This document shows, one piece after another, positions 38,751 through 51,764 of a stretch of 64,000 nt of DNA (the stretch's first letter is position 1; each line of letters opens with the position of its first letter). The notes under the pieces were generated by a model. The model did no database searches, was not told where the DNA came from, and was given only the letters and a program-made list of their open reading frames with translations. Made by a program: the position numbers and the translations under genes. The stretch is from Blasia pusilla. Lineage: Eukaryota. The DNA is taken from assembly GCA_050084515.1 (NCBI GenBank), contig CM114271.1:22506001-22570000 (forward strand). Reading direction: 5' to 3'.

Positions 38751-38895
38751 CTATGTACATCTGGGACACATCCATCGTCCCTGAGGAACCCTAGTGAGAG
38801 GTCGCGTCACACATGCCATATGCCATCCTCTCGAACATCCATCACAGATTAGCATAGTGGCTGCACCACGGGCGGAACCACACAACATACATCTC
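38751..38895 (-). pseudogene. PHD finger at the C-terminus of pol/integrase
   Basis: CMLC..MLICDGCSRGWHMAC..PLTRVPQGRWMCPRC, an intact C4HC3 pattern. Confidence 0.92.
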
Positions 38896-40292
38896 AAGCC
38901 TGCAGGAACTACTGCTAAGCTCAGATCAATTGTATCGTTAATGTTCGAAAGGTGACACGATGCACAGTTACGCACATGGTCCTTCCAAACCATACCATTG
39001 CGTCCCTCCAATAAGAGAACACATGATGGCAAAAACTCACGCACTCTCAAGATGGTGCCCCCTGTAGTCACATCCAACATCATGGGTGCCGTCTGTTGCA
39101 AGTAGACATAGTCTCTATGATGAAACCTCCGGATAGTAGGTCGATAACCCCCCCGTGAATAGTCACATACCTCAATGTATCCCGATGTTGCACAATCGCC
39201 AAGTTCTCAAACGCAATGGGCATCACTCTCCCAAATAATTCAGCCCTCTGAGAACATGTTCGCATCCATACATCAAGGTCATCAAGGTTTAACACCTCAC
39301 CAACATCTCGACGAATAGCCGCACGTAAATCTGGCTCTCCGCCATACAAAAGCAAGTCCGGTGAGAAAGATGCTAAGGATGCCTGTCTCCTTTAATCCCA
39401 TTGCCAACCATGGCATATGAAGGTCTCAATCTCCTAGGTGACCTCTCTGCAAGCCATACTTGCGTAGTCCTCTCTTCACCATCTACACAACCCGCTCCGC
39501 TAGTCCATCCGCCTCAGGATGATCTCGCGAAGTAGTGCGGTGGTCGATTAGTGCTTGATCACACAAGGCCTGAAACTCCCCGCAGAACTGTGTACCTTGG
39601 TCTGTCAACACCTCAGCTGGTGCGCAGTAATGACTCAGCACTCAATCTAGGAAGGCATATGCTACTCCCTCACTCGCTTTGTCAAGCAATGCAACCAACT
39701 CTATCCACTTCGAGAAGTCCTCAACCATCACCAACACATAACGACTATGGGGCTCCGTCAAAGGCAAAGGTCTTGCAAAATGCAAACTCCATCTATAACC
39801 TAAACCCATGATCGGAAGTGGATGCAACTGTGGAGTCGAAGCATTTAACAATGGTCGCACTCGATCACACACCTTACATCTGGCAACAAACTGTTGAACG
39901 TCAGTCTGCATGCCTTGCCACCAATACTGAATCTGGAGCAAGCTGTACGTCCTCTTCACTCCAAAATGACCAAACTCCTCGTGGGCATGACGCGCCCAAC
40001 GTATTCTCTGCAAAGTATGAGGCACTACACGCACTCTACCATCCTCCCACACTCGCAATACATATGTCCCCTCCCTTCCGAACTGTCTGGCTTGCTGTAG
40101 GATCCGATCCCACTCTCTAGCACCCACTCTGCTCGCGACGCTGCGAGCACGCAGGTACTCCAAGACCATTCCATCGTCGTGAATGTCTCGGCCACCTGTT
40201 GTCTCCTCACCGTCCTCTGGAACTAAGAACTCTCCATTAGACCTCGCCATCAAAGTCTTAGAAATCTGGCTCTCCATAGCCAACAAGTCCAA
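38896..40292 (-). pseudogene. Gypsy DDE integrase, frameshifted
   Basis: Zinc-binding region HEEFGHFGVKRTY..YWW.GM..DV..FVARCKVC; core YRWSLHFARPLP..YVLVMVEDFSKWIE. Confidence 0.92.
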
Positions 40293-40299
40293 ATAGGCT

Positions 40300-41530
40300 C
40301 ACGCATGCCATCATGGCACCAACGCCTCATTACTCTCACCATGCCAACGAGCTCAGTCACATCTCGTTGACTCGAGCATGGATGACGGCTCAAACCATCT
40401 GCATTGTTGTTGAGCGTCCCAGGTCTATGCACCACGTGGAAGTCATACTCTTGCAGCAGAAAAACTCACCTCACAAGTGTCCCTATGAGCTTGTCGGACT
40501 CCATCAACCACTTAAGTGGTTGATGATCTGGGTTAAGGGATTTAAGGGATTGCCAAATAGATAACACCTGAAATGCGCGAGAGCCCACACTGTAGCCAAG
40601 CACTCGTCCTCATACGAGCTATACTTTGCCTCTACAGCGTTGTTCAAGCAACTAGCGTAAGCCACCACGAACTCTCTACCATCATCGTCATGTTGGGTGA
40701 GCACGGGTCCAAGCCCCAACATGCTCCAATCGGTATGCAATTGGAAAGGATGCCCCCTGATCTGTCTCCTTAATATGGGCGCGGACGTCAATCTGTCCTT
40801 GAGCAGCTGAAATGCTCTCTCTGCTCATCCCCCTAGTGCCACTCCTGATCCATCTTGGTCAGCAAGGTCAGCGGCTTCGCAATGGAGCTGAAACCCTTGA
40901 AGTACCGTCGATAGAAGCTCGCCAAACCCATGAATGCAAACACCTCCTCTAGATGTCGGTCATGCTCCTCAACCGTCGCGCTAAAGACTACCATGTCAGC
41001 AATATAACAACTAGCAAAATCCAGACTTGCCAAGATCCTATCCATGACCCTCTCAAACTCAGCCGGGGCGTTCTTTAACCCAAATGGTAAGAACCGCCAC
41101 TAGTACAAGCAATCCTTCTCGTGAGGATCGATGCCCCAAAATGCCCTCCTCTACATGTTCTCCAATCTAATAGGCAGCTGATGGTATCCAGCTTAGAGAT
41201 CTAACAAACTGAAGATCTTTGCATGCCCAATAGCATCAAAGATTTCCTCATGAGTGGGCATGGCATACCTATCGGACTTTGTCTGCCGATAAATAGGTCG
41301 ATAATCTCCACACATCCGCCTATCCGTCGAGTTGCCATGCACATCCTTCTTGGCGGGCATGATAGTGGCAGATGCATACTCCCCACGTAACATCTCCATT
41401 AGTCCCGCTCCAACCAAGTCTTGGTTCCTACTCTAAATCAGGGCCTCTCTATGTCACTATTCCTGTAGGATTGTCCGAAGATCGGCGTGTCACTCGACAA
41501 CTCAATGCGGATCCCTGGACCCTTCAGCGT
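40300..41530 (-). pseudogene. Gypsy reverse transcriptase and RNase H, degenerate with an internal deletion
   Basis: KKD..RRMCGDYRP, KIFSLLDL, PFGLKNAPAEF, CYIAD (from YIDD), PFQLHTDWS..GLG.VL.Q, YSSYEDECLA, HRPG..NNADGLSR. Confidence 0.93.
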
Positions 41531-41999
41531 ACCCAAATCATGCATACTAAATGCAAAACAACGCCTATAACTCCTAAGGAACTGGTGTATCTAGCGTCGC
41601 TCTCCTCCTGTCAACTTAGGGCCCATATCATGCTCCCAAGTATCCATCGTGATAACGATAGGACTCTCTGGTGCGGGTGTCGGTGGTTGCTATGGTGCAA
41701 CCCCGTCTCGGACAACAAAACTCGACTGCTCCCTTGCATCCAACTGCAAAATCGGATCTCCATTTGCACTATCCGGAACCACGCTCGATGCTGTGGCTAC
41801 CATCTTGTGGCGTACTTGCAAAACATCCCAAGAAGTCCAAGGATGTCTCTCCCAATTACCCTTGGGATGTCGATCTGCTTGAGTCTCGCCCCCAACCATT
41901 GCCTCAACCGTCTCGGTAGGCATGGGGCTCACCAACATAACTGCTATGATCTGTCGTATCCTCAAACGATGCTGCTCAAGCTGCTCCTAAGCTGAAAAT

Positions 42000-42852
42000 C
42001 CATGTCAAGCAGTTCAGGTCCATTGTCTGACCTAAGACATAACGTCATGATGCCTCTGATAGTGACGGTATTGCCGTCACTCCTGGGGGGAATCCCATCG
42101 CTCGCTCTCGCTCATCGGCGTTGGGCTCCACCAACCTCTGTACCTAGTCATCCCAAACCAAGCCAGGTCCGGCCTCCTTGAATGAATAGGAAGCAAGAAA
42201 ACTCACAAATGTGGGAAAGGCTGCCCGTGGCATGCCAATCTTGTTGACCACAGTCAACGGCGGTCGATCATCGTGCCTCACTGCCTGTGATCAACGGTCC
42301 GGATCCAATATAGAATACACCAAAAAATCGGAGGGGTGCTCCACTCTCGCATATGCCCTCCGCAACACCTCGTGTGGTGCCAAGTTGGTCCACCAAAGAT
42401 GCGGGCGATGTGCTCGTGAACCCACACTCGCCACATCCAAAAAAATTGCCGAGCCGATCCATGCGCGTACCTGATGTGCACTCCTCACCACACGGGACCT
42501 CGAATCGCCCAAAATCAGTACATTCTCGAGAATGTATGCTGGAGGACGAGACTGATGCTTCTGCAAGTGTTGCAAGATCCGCATCATCTTCCAAAACAAC
42601 CAGGACCAAGAGTCAGCTAATCCGCTACCCTGTCCATCATTCGATTGGCCCTGATATGGCCAACCAGCAATGACCAAGTCTATAGTCGCTACTCGCTCCA
42701 AGTCTTGTGCCCCCAACAATGAAATGTCCCTTGGTAGGGAACTCTGGTAACCCTGAATGGCGGACGCAGACAACAAGTCGAGAAAACAGAGGCGTAACTG
42801 CGCCACATGGTGAAATAAAGCGCGCCTCGCAACATCATCAATCTCCACATAC
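42000..42852 (-). pseudogene. Cytosine-5 DNA methyltransferase domain of element B, C-terminal part (motifs II, IV, VI, VIII, IX, X)
   Basis: VEIDD, IDLVIAGWPYQG (PCQ>PYQ), YILENV, SRAHRPHLWWTN, EPNADERERAMGFP, YVLGQTMD. One reading frame with three nonsense codons. Confidence 0.92.
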
Positions 42853-43866
42853 CACTAGTAGAAAAGGGATCATTTTTAACCCATATCGTTGTTACTCATG
42901 TTACTTAGAGTCATTTGAACTACTCTTAGTTACTCTGAAACCCTCCTAGTGACTCATGAATTACTCACATGGTTGTGGAGTCATATTTAAATACTTTTTT
43001 ATTTTCATGAAAAATAATATTTTTTTAAGACTAATAGGAAGCCACTTTATCTCAAGTTACTTGGCATATACTTGTATAACAATGTAATGAACAAAATGAA
43101 GAATTTTTTTAATTAGTACTTCCAAAACATTTCATGGAATATATCATATCGGTCGCACTATATCTTGCAAAAACTGACAAAAATCTGATAAAACTAGAGA
43201 TTTCTTACAAAACCCTAAACTTCCAAGCCCGCGTTAAGCCCTCGTTTGTTGTTTTTGTCATTCCAGCCTTATCTCCCTTGCCCACCCCATGCGCTAAGCC
43301 CTCTTTCCTTGCCCGCGTTAAGCCCTCATTCGTCTTTCAACGTTCAAACCTTTTCCACTCGCGCTCTTCCATCTTCTCTCTTGAAAAATGCGTGTAGAAT
43401 GAGTGAAATAATCTTCACTCACTTTGCTACTACATTCGAGGGTACGAATGTTTGGAGATAATTTCTGCAAAGACTTTGTGAAATTGCAGCTCGGATAGCC
43501 CGATAGTGGAAGCTGCGGCCGGTTTGCTCTTAGTTTAATGTGGATGTTCATTTTCAACTACAACTGCATTTAGGGAAAGCTTCATAGATGGGTGTCGACT
43601 GCACACCATGGGGGAGAGAAAGAGTGCAAACCCCATCAGGTAGAGCCTTCACGAAGTCGTGGTGCTTGAAATTTATAATGATAGAGAAGAACGTCTTGCA
43701 ACGAAGCATTTAGGAGAAGCACCATTGCTCTACAATCATCTTGCTCTGAATTTCATTTCCTTTCAAAAATCATGTGATGCCCATAATTTTGTACTTTTGA
43801 AGAAATACATCTTTTTATTCAACGAAGACTTGTATATACATTATGATTTTAATTATTATATATTAT

Positions 43867-44975
43867 TATGGGGAGGAATGAGTAAGATTAAAGCGAATCA
43901 CAAAGCTCCAAGGGCAAGGCAGAGAGATAGAAAATCAAGGATTCGCCTAGGAGGAGAGGAGAATAAAATAACGAAGTCTCAAGACCCAGCAAGAAGCTTC
44001 GGAAGGACAACGAAGCTCTGTCTATGAAGTGCTTCGCTCTATAACGAAGCATGAAGAAGAAGAGAAAGAAGTACTTCGCTCTTGTACGAAGCACGAAGAA
44101 CAAAGCACCTAGAACAAGAACAAAGAATGGAGCGCTTCGTCTTCAGATCAGAAGAAAGAGCTTCGTCCTCAAGCAAAGCAAAAGAGGTCCAGACTTAGCA
44201 GCGAAGCGAAGCTAAGATTGACAATTATTTCAAGCGACACATAGTTAGAATAGTTAGAATAGGAAAAGACGCAACCCTTTGTATCAAATTGGTAGTTATG
44301 ACAGTTTTGTTCTGCGGATTCATAGGGATCATAGGAAAAGCAAAGAGCACCATAGATCTAGTTAGTTACAAATGTTGAAGAGACACCACCTTCATAAAAA
44401 ATGCTTCGAATCTTTGGATTAATCCTCCTTCAGAGAGTATTTAAGAAGCATAGAAGTAGCTATCGTTATCATTCTCTTACGACGTCCTTAAGCTGTAGGA
44501 ATGGTCCGAGCAAGGGAGTAGTACCCTCTCGAGCTTGTATACACATTGAAGCTTTCTCATTCTTGATGGAGTAGTAAAGCAATCATTCATTCATTCTGAT
44601 ATGCGATGATTATGTCTAAGTATTTTTTTTGGATCTCCACAATGAAGAATGAATCAAGGCGAACCTTTCTCATCAATGGAATAATCAACATAAAGCTGTA
44701 GGAAATCTGTTTGACAGAGAGTAGCCTGCCGAGACGGATTAAGTTCCGAAAGTAGGAGAAGCCCGCTTTCATGTTGAGGTCTCTATGAGGTTTCTTAATA
44801 TCGAGAGGAAATCTACCTAAATGTGTTGTCAACTTCATTAGAGAGAATTGAGAAAAGAAACTTTGTTACTAAGAAAGATCCGAAGATATTGATAAGACAT
44901 TGAATATAAATCATACAGATTTAAATACAACTATTACAATAGAATCATAATTTCGAACTCTCTTTTCATCAAACA
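43867..44975. mobile_element. Possible solo LTR inside the CACTA element
   Basis: Compositionally distinct CGAAG-rich block ending ..CATCAAACA. Candidate TSD ATTAT/ATGAT; 5' end TA rather than TG. Confidence 0.35.
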
Positions 44976-45992
44976 ATGATCCTCTTGGGGATCGAACTTA
45001 TTAAACGACTGTAAAATAGAAACTCTTGTACATTACAAATCAAGATTGTTCGGCTTCTGTAGCTAATGTTTTCATTTCAGATGTAGCTCCATCATTTCGG
45101 GTGTAGCTCTTGGTTCAAAGGTGGCTTGTGACTACACACATTGGGAGAGAGAAAGTCTACAAAACTCATAAGGTAGAGATTCCACCGAGCCTCTTTGCTA
45201 AATCGTTGCTATGAGATCATGGTGTTGCTTGAAATCCAATACGAGAGAAAAGAATAAGGTCTTGCCGTATTCCTGTTTTGGAGAAGCCGCATTGAATTTT
45301 TCTTGCGTACAATCATTTTGACGAAGCTGCATTGCTCTCACAAGCATTGCTCATACATTACCATTGATGTGCGCCTGAGAGCTGAATATCCATGTATTCA
45401 TCTATCTAATCCTCCGTCTCTCTCTTGATTGGAAGTTTATATTGCGTGTCGATCTTGAACAAATAGGTTGTACCTTCGGAAATCCAAACCAAATCGCCCA
45501 TACCTTATCTAAGTAGCACATTTTATTGCTTCTTGTTCTCTCATATTTGTGTCATAGCCGCCTTGGTTCTCTCCCCCCGCATTTTGCAATCAAGGCAATT
45601 GTGATTGCACATGATTGATTGGTAGCTGCACTTACAAACAGGGACACAAGCCGGAAGTGCATTACTACTCAACGACTCTAATTATCGCGCAATTTCTTTT
45701 TATGCTTGAATTGCATCCAATTTGGATAGACCCCAATGATAAAATCATGTACCAACCCTTCTAATTCAGCAATAGTGATATAGTGAAGAGATAATGGAGA
45801 GCTCCGGTGAAGAGATAATAAAGAGCTCTTGGTAAAGGGGTAAATCGGAAAAAAATCTAGAGCATTCATCTCCACCATCGGGCAATCCAGCAACAGTCCA
45901 TAGTCACACTGACATACATCACCTAGCTTGCCTCAGTACCTACATTGCCTTCCACCTGCATCCTTGAGTCACAGGAGCATCACATACATCAC

Positions 45993-46148
<156 letters not shown>

Positions 46149-47949
46149 AAGTGTTGGTGTAGAGACTCAAGTCTTAGAACTTGGAGGGGTTCCACTCCAA
46201 GTTTTGATATCAAACAAACAAGTTCAGGTTTCGTACCGGACGACAAGCCTTTTGGGAAAGAGAACGGTCATATTTTATAATTGTTGGTGGCAGGTAGAGC
46301 TTTGAAGGAGTCAAAGCATATAATGAGCAGGTATAAAAATCTAGAAGCTACGTTTTCCCTGGACGCGGTTAAAAAGGTATGAAATCTGATTGAAATTCAT
46401 GGGTTGTTTCCGTAGGAACTTATTGGATATCTTAAGGGTCATGTGCGTTACATAGTGGAATAACAAAAATCTCCCGTAAAAAAAAAACCCTCCTCAATAT
46501 CACACATCCCCTATACCAATCCATGAAAAGATCCATAGGTGGATACTTGAGGGAGAGGTGGACGATTTGTATGGTGACTTCTTTGTATACTTAGTTTTGA
46601 ACTACTCTTTTGTAGTTTAGTAAATATTTAGGGTATTCACTTGAATGGAGAGAAAGTTTTTTTGTCATTAAATATCGGCGCTTGTAGCCTTGTGCACCAT
46701 GGAGAGAGAAGTCTTAGGAATGTAACATCCTCCATGTCTTTGGATGGCATCAGAGTGATGGCGGGTGTTTCGTTTCATCCAATGGTTCAAAACGACTCAG
46801 GGTACTTTTTGTCCAGATTAAGGATCCTTCCTTTTGAAGTGAAGGTCAAGATCTTTACCATGAGCAAGCCTACTAGTCTGGACCGTGTCCTTGCCCTCCC
46901 ATAATCTGCAAGGGCAAACATTTGTTACTTTCATGCTTACTCTGAGCGTTATTGGACCCCAAATAGGTGACAAAGGCATACTACGAATTGGCTATTCCGC
47001 TTAGAAGATCGCCACGTGTATGTGCGATTTGTAGACATTTTTATGTGGAGGGAGGATAGAGGAGCACTATTAGCATGGCTAATGCTTGGGGTCACCCGCA
47101 AAGTCGCTCTTCATATATGTCATGATGCTGGGGGGATTCTCCTTGGGGAGGATCATCCCATTGTTAGGAAGGCACGAGCCAACATTGAATATGCGCGTTC
47201 TATCGGTGGCCATACGCTAGAGGTTATTCTTGAGTATTGTAGTACTTGGGAAGTTGTCACCTCGGGGGACTAAGTATGCATTCGCTCAAGTCGTAGAACA
47301 ATTTCAGGGAAAGTTTGCATATGTTGCCTAAACTTATGCCGTGATGTTGGAGTATGGCAACAAGTCAGATTTGTAGCCTAACTTGAGGCCCTTCATATGG
47401 CCAACAGGTAACATTTGTAATTGACAACAATAAGACAATAAGAGGATCCATTTTAGCGAGTCATTGATTGAGTCACCGTTATTTTTCTTCATTGATGGAA
47501 TTGGGCTTATTTTGAGGGACCATGGTGTATGTACACTCTTGACCTTGGACGATAAAAGATGCTATTACGGGGATGTATGCAACCAAATAATAAATAAGAA
47601 GTAATGATTTCTGTAGAAAACAATTGCTTGTCATGCTATTTAACTTTCACTTGTTCTATGTACAGGTACCAAAGGATTGACTATTGGAAATCCGAGTATC
47701 GTGAAGGCTATAGGTAACCTCCACATCCACTGAAATCCATTTTTAAGCTTTTGTTTTCCATGCCTAAATCATGGACATTCAATATCCATAGAATTTCTGC
47801 ACCTAATAGTAATCTTATTGTCTTTTGTGCCGAAATGTAGGAGTAACCAACGTACAAGGATGGCGCGCCCAAAATACCAGGCCAAAAAAACTCTCGAGGT
47901 GAGCACTTATGCACCATATAGTGCACTCCAGACATTTGCACAAGGAAAC

Positions 47950-48519
47950 CCATATTTGTGCAATTTGTGATGATGGGGAAGACCTGGTTGTTTGCAACGG
48001 GCCTTGTGCCAGGCACTTCCACGCAACTGCAGAATCGGCGGGGGCTATAGAGAACTCTTCTCCAAGGGTCAACCTCCCACCCAACCACGAGGGGAGCTGG
48101 TTATGCGCCAAGATTGTGTGAAGCAAATCGCCAAGTATGCCAAGTGTGGTCTAGAGGGGAGTTTTGGAGAGAGCGAGGATTCTGGGGTTCGTGTGAGAAA
48201 GTGCCCGAATACCTTTTGTGTGAGATTTTTTTGCTTTACTTTTTTGCCTACAGGAGTGGAGTCTTTCCCCATCCATTATTGCCCAGAATTCCATAAGCAT
48301 GATGAGGAGTTGTGGGAGGACATGGTCTATTGTCCTAGATGCCCCACTGCATGGCATTGGACTTGCTTGAAGAAGGCTATGAGTAAGGGTTATGCATGCG
48401 ATTGGATTATATATGACCATGCTGCATGTGGTGAGGATAGGTGGTGGTTCTATTGCCACGAGCATAAAGTTGATCCCACACTTCAGACTCCTTTGAGAGA
48501 TCATATTTCATGGATTTGA
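47950..48519 (+). pseudogene. EDM2-like composite PHD-finger module carried by the CACTA element
   Basis: ICAICDDGEDLVVCNGPCARHFHAT, one frameshift near 48105, then KCPNTFCVRFF..PIHYC..YCPRCPTAWHWTCL..FYCHEHKVDPTLQTPLRDHI. Confidence 0.82.
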
Positions 48520-49477
48520 TTTTCAGGTTGGCGGATGAGAGATCCGTGTCTGAACAAAATTCCGTGGCATTTTGGTGGAGAGTGCAGGGTAGCCACTTTT
48601 GATATAAAGAGGGTCGAGGCTCTAAACATGCTAACTAGGTAGGTGGTATGACTTCGTATAGAGACTTGCCATTACCTATCCTGTGTATTGAGAGTTACAA
48701 TCTTTTGAAATTTTGACCGAATGGCCATAATTGCAAAACTATATAATATCAAGTTTTGTATGAACATTATGCATTAGACATGTTTTGGAAGAATGAAATG
48801 TAATCGTGGTGGTTTCTAAAAGACTCTTGTGATTAGGCTCTTGATTAGGATGTGTCCGGTTGTAGGTGGAATTCTGTATTCACTCGTCATCCATTGCCAG
48901 ATCCAATCATGCAAGTATAGCTTTAGAGCTAGGTAGCCCATCATGGAAAAATATTGGCAACACAGTACCAAAATGAGAATTGTTGAGCTTCCCCCACTCC
49001 CAAGTGGCGGTGTCTCTAAAGTGTTAATGTGTCATGAGACCTCACCCGGATGCGCATCGGGTACGATGCCAACCTCTCTTTTTGCAGGGATTGTAGCCTG
49101 TATCATGGCCTCCCTTGAATTGCCCCATGATAAATGGTGTCAGCTTAAGACAAACACTTGTGAAATTGGGTGGGAGAGAGACTGATTGTCTCCGTGATGC
49201 CACACATGGCATTTCTGGGAATTGGGTAAGAGTTTTGGAGAATTTGAGATGGACCATCCTGAATTCCCAGAGGAATGAACGCGGTGTTAAATATGTCCAC
49301 ATAGATTGGTTGTCCTTGTCCATCCAGGATGGAAGATTGCATGACCCTGACGACCATGATTTATTCCAGAGTAAATCAAGCTCGGTGGTTGTTCTGAAGG
49401 AGAAGAAATTGTATTGGAAGAATGTGAGGGAAGGGAAACCACTCCCAACTGGTCCGCCACCCACTCCACATCCAACC

Positions 49478-49755
49478 ATGTTTGGTCGGGTGAGGGTAGT
49501 ATTTGTCCCTGACAATATATCTCAATGGAGGTTGACATGGATGAAGAGAAAAATTCTAGAATGTGGATGACATGGTGGATAGGAATACGACCCACTTGAT
49601 TTGCCGATCCTTTTCCAAAGCCTATAGACATCATGGAAAGACATTGATTCATTTGTGGGTCTCATCTCAAGGTCTGTATGTGCTTCATTACAATTGGGTC
49701 AAAGAATCCATTGAATTGGGGCACTTGGTAGAAAGTACTCCACATGACTTGATTG
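49478..49755 (+). pseudogene. BRCT-like domain carried by the CACTA element
   Basis: MFGRVRVVFVPDNISQWRLTWMKRKILECG, frameshift, then DRNTTHLIC..HGK..VLHYNWVKESIELG, a THxI..WxxxS pattern. Confidence 0.65.
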
Positions 49756-50199
49756 GAAACAAGCCATTGAAACAACCATACCGGATCAACCAAGTCTCTG
49801 GAGACATGGAGGAGCTTACAGATGAGTGGCAAACCACAGATGACAAAGAAATAGATTCCACCAGTTTGGATAGTTGCGAAAGTAGTGCATATACCGTGTA
49901 CTAAGACATGTTTTTTTGTATTCAATGTGGGTTCCATCTCACTGATTTTGCCTTAATACCAGGTTGCTTGAATATGTCCACATGCAGTGACTACATTCCA
50001 AGTTGGCCAATCAATTGTATAAAGGTGGGGAATATCAACAACCTCGCCCATTTTTGTTACCACCCTATAAGTTTATAACCCTATTTTTTTATGGTTGATA
50101 GTGAAGTTTGGTATCTTTAGGGTTTCATGGATGTCCCACCTAGCCCTCCCTAATGGGGGAAAAATGCTCATCATCATGCACCCATAGGCAATCCTCCAC

Positions 50200-51764
50200 A
50201 CCACTTCGGACCTAGAACAAGCAGGTTACCATTACAACATCCAGAACGGATCAGAGCTCGTGATTCCAAACTTTGGGATCGGAAGCAAGTCCTAGTGGGA
50301 CACTCTAGAAGTGCAAGGATGAGATATCCTTGTGTAGCTTGCAATAGGTCTCGCACATAGGCCTTGCAGAATGTTTTCACTCACCTTCAAAAATGCGGAA
50401 GGCATCCAAAAAAAAGAGTTTATGGAGTTCTAGGCGATGAGGACTCGTCTGATGAAGAGTGGAGGTCCGCATCAAACATTGCCAATGCGGCTAGACATGC
50501 ACAATTTTTGGGACAAGCAATGGGCAACCTCAATGCCCGAGATGCGGGTGAGGCAGGTAGCACACTCGAGAAGTTTGAAGACAATAACCATGATGATGGG
50601 GTTGATGTTGAAGGTGATAGTGTTGATCATGGGATTGATGTGCAACGAATGGTCCGTGACATCTTCCAAGATCGTGATGCATTCTATGATGATGTTGAGA
50701 GCATGGAAGACATCACTGATATAGCCAAAGAGGCTGGAGAGGACGTAGATGATATTGGGCAAGAAGAGGACGAGTAGGGATGGATGTTTGGGTCGCATGA
50801 AACTGTTGCTGATGCATGCAGGCCTCTGTTCCATGGCTCTAAGTGTACAAAGTTGGCCTTTGTACTCATGTTGATGAACATCTGTGGGAAGCATGGTGTC
50901 CCAGTTGTGTTTGTTTCAAGGTTACTTGCATTCTTGAAGACAACAGTCTTTTCTATTGGGAACATGGCTCCTAGCAATAAGTACGAGGCAACTAAATTAT
51001 TGTCAAGTCTTGGATTGAATTACTGTTCCATTCATGCTTGCCCTGATGGCCATATGGTCTTCAGAGGAGAGCATGAAAATCGATCAAGTTGCCCAGTATG
51101 TGGACAAAAAAGGTATCGGAATGTGGGCAAGTCCATGTAGCCCACAAAGGTACTTTGACATTTTGAAATCATTCCTAGATTGAAACGGATGTACAGCAGC
51201 CCAAAAATTTCAAAGTTGATGACTTGGATAGTCGAGAACAAGAGTATCGATGGCCTGCAGCGGCACATCGGAGATTCAGAACATTGGAGGTTCATCGACC
51301 AGAGATGGCCAGAGTTTGCAAGAGAGACAAGGAATGTGAGAGTTGGCCTCTCGACCGATGGAGTCAATCCATTCGGAGACAAGAAAAATGTATATTCTTG
51401 CTGGCCTGTATCCGTGCTGAATAACAACCTCCCTCCGTGGTTGACTACTAAGAAGTTTTTTGTCTTATTGGCTTTGCTTATCCCGGGCCCATAATCTACT
51501 CTTTCTAGGAATATAGACGTTTGGATAGCTCCTCTTGTGGATGAGTTGAAGCGCTTGTGGTACAAAGGCATTGGGATCCATAATGTGGTGCAACGGGTTG
51601 GGAGACCAAACCCATTTAGGCTACAAGCCTTATTGATATTGACTTTGGGAGATTATCCAGCCCACGACATGATTTCACGTCATGCAACAAAGGGGTATTT
51701 GGCTTGTACTGCATGTGGCCCCAATTTCACTGGTGAGCTTGCCATCGGTGGCAGAATCTACTGA
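50200..51764 (+). pseudogene. CACTA TnpD (Tnp2) transposase, 3' truncated
   Basis: IHACPDGHMVFRG..CPVCG..RY, IIPRLKRMY, RHIGDSEHWRFID..RNVRVGLSTDGVNPF..SCWPV..NLPPW..LIPGP, IAPLVDELKRLW, GDYPA..KGYLAC..C. Confidence 0.93.

Noticed and set aside
41372-41995. 207-aa plus-strand ORF
   Set aside because: It is antisense to the pol linker and has no recognisable motifs.
42291-42848. Host DRM/DNMT3 gene or bacterial contamination
   Set aside because: It is intronless, colinear between the protease and RT inside a TSD-bounded retroelement, and its motif order is not permuted.
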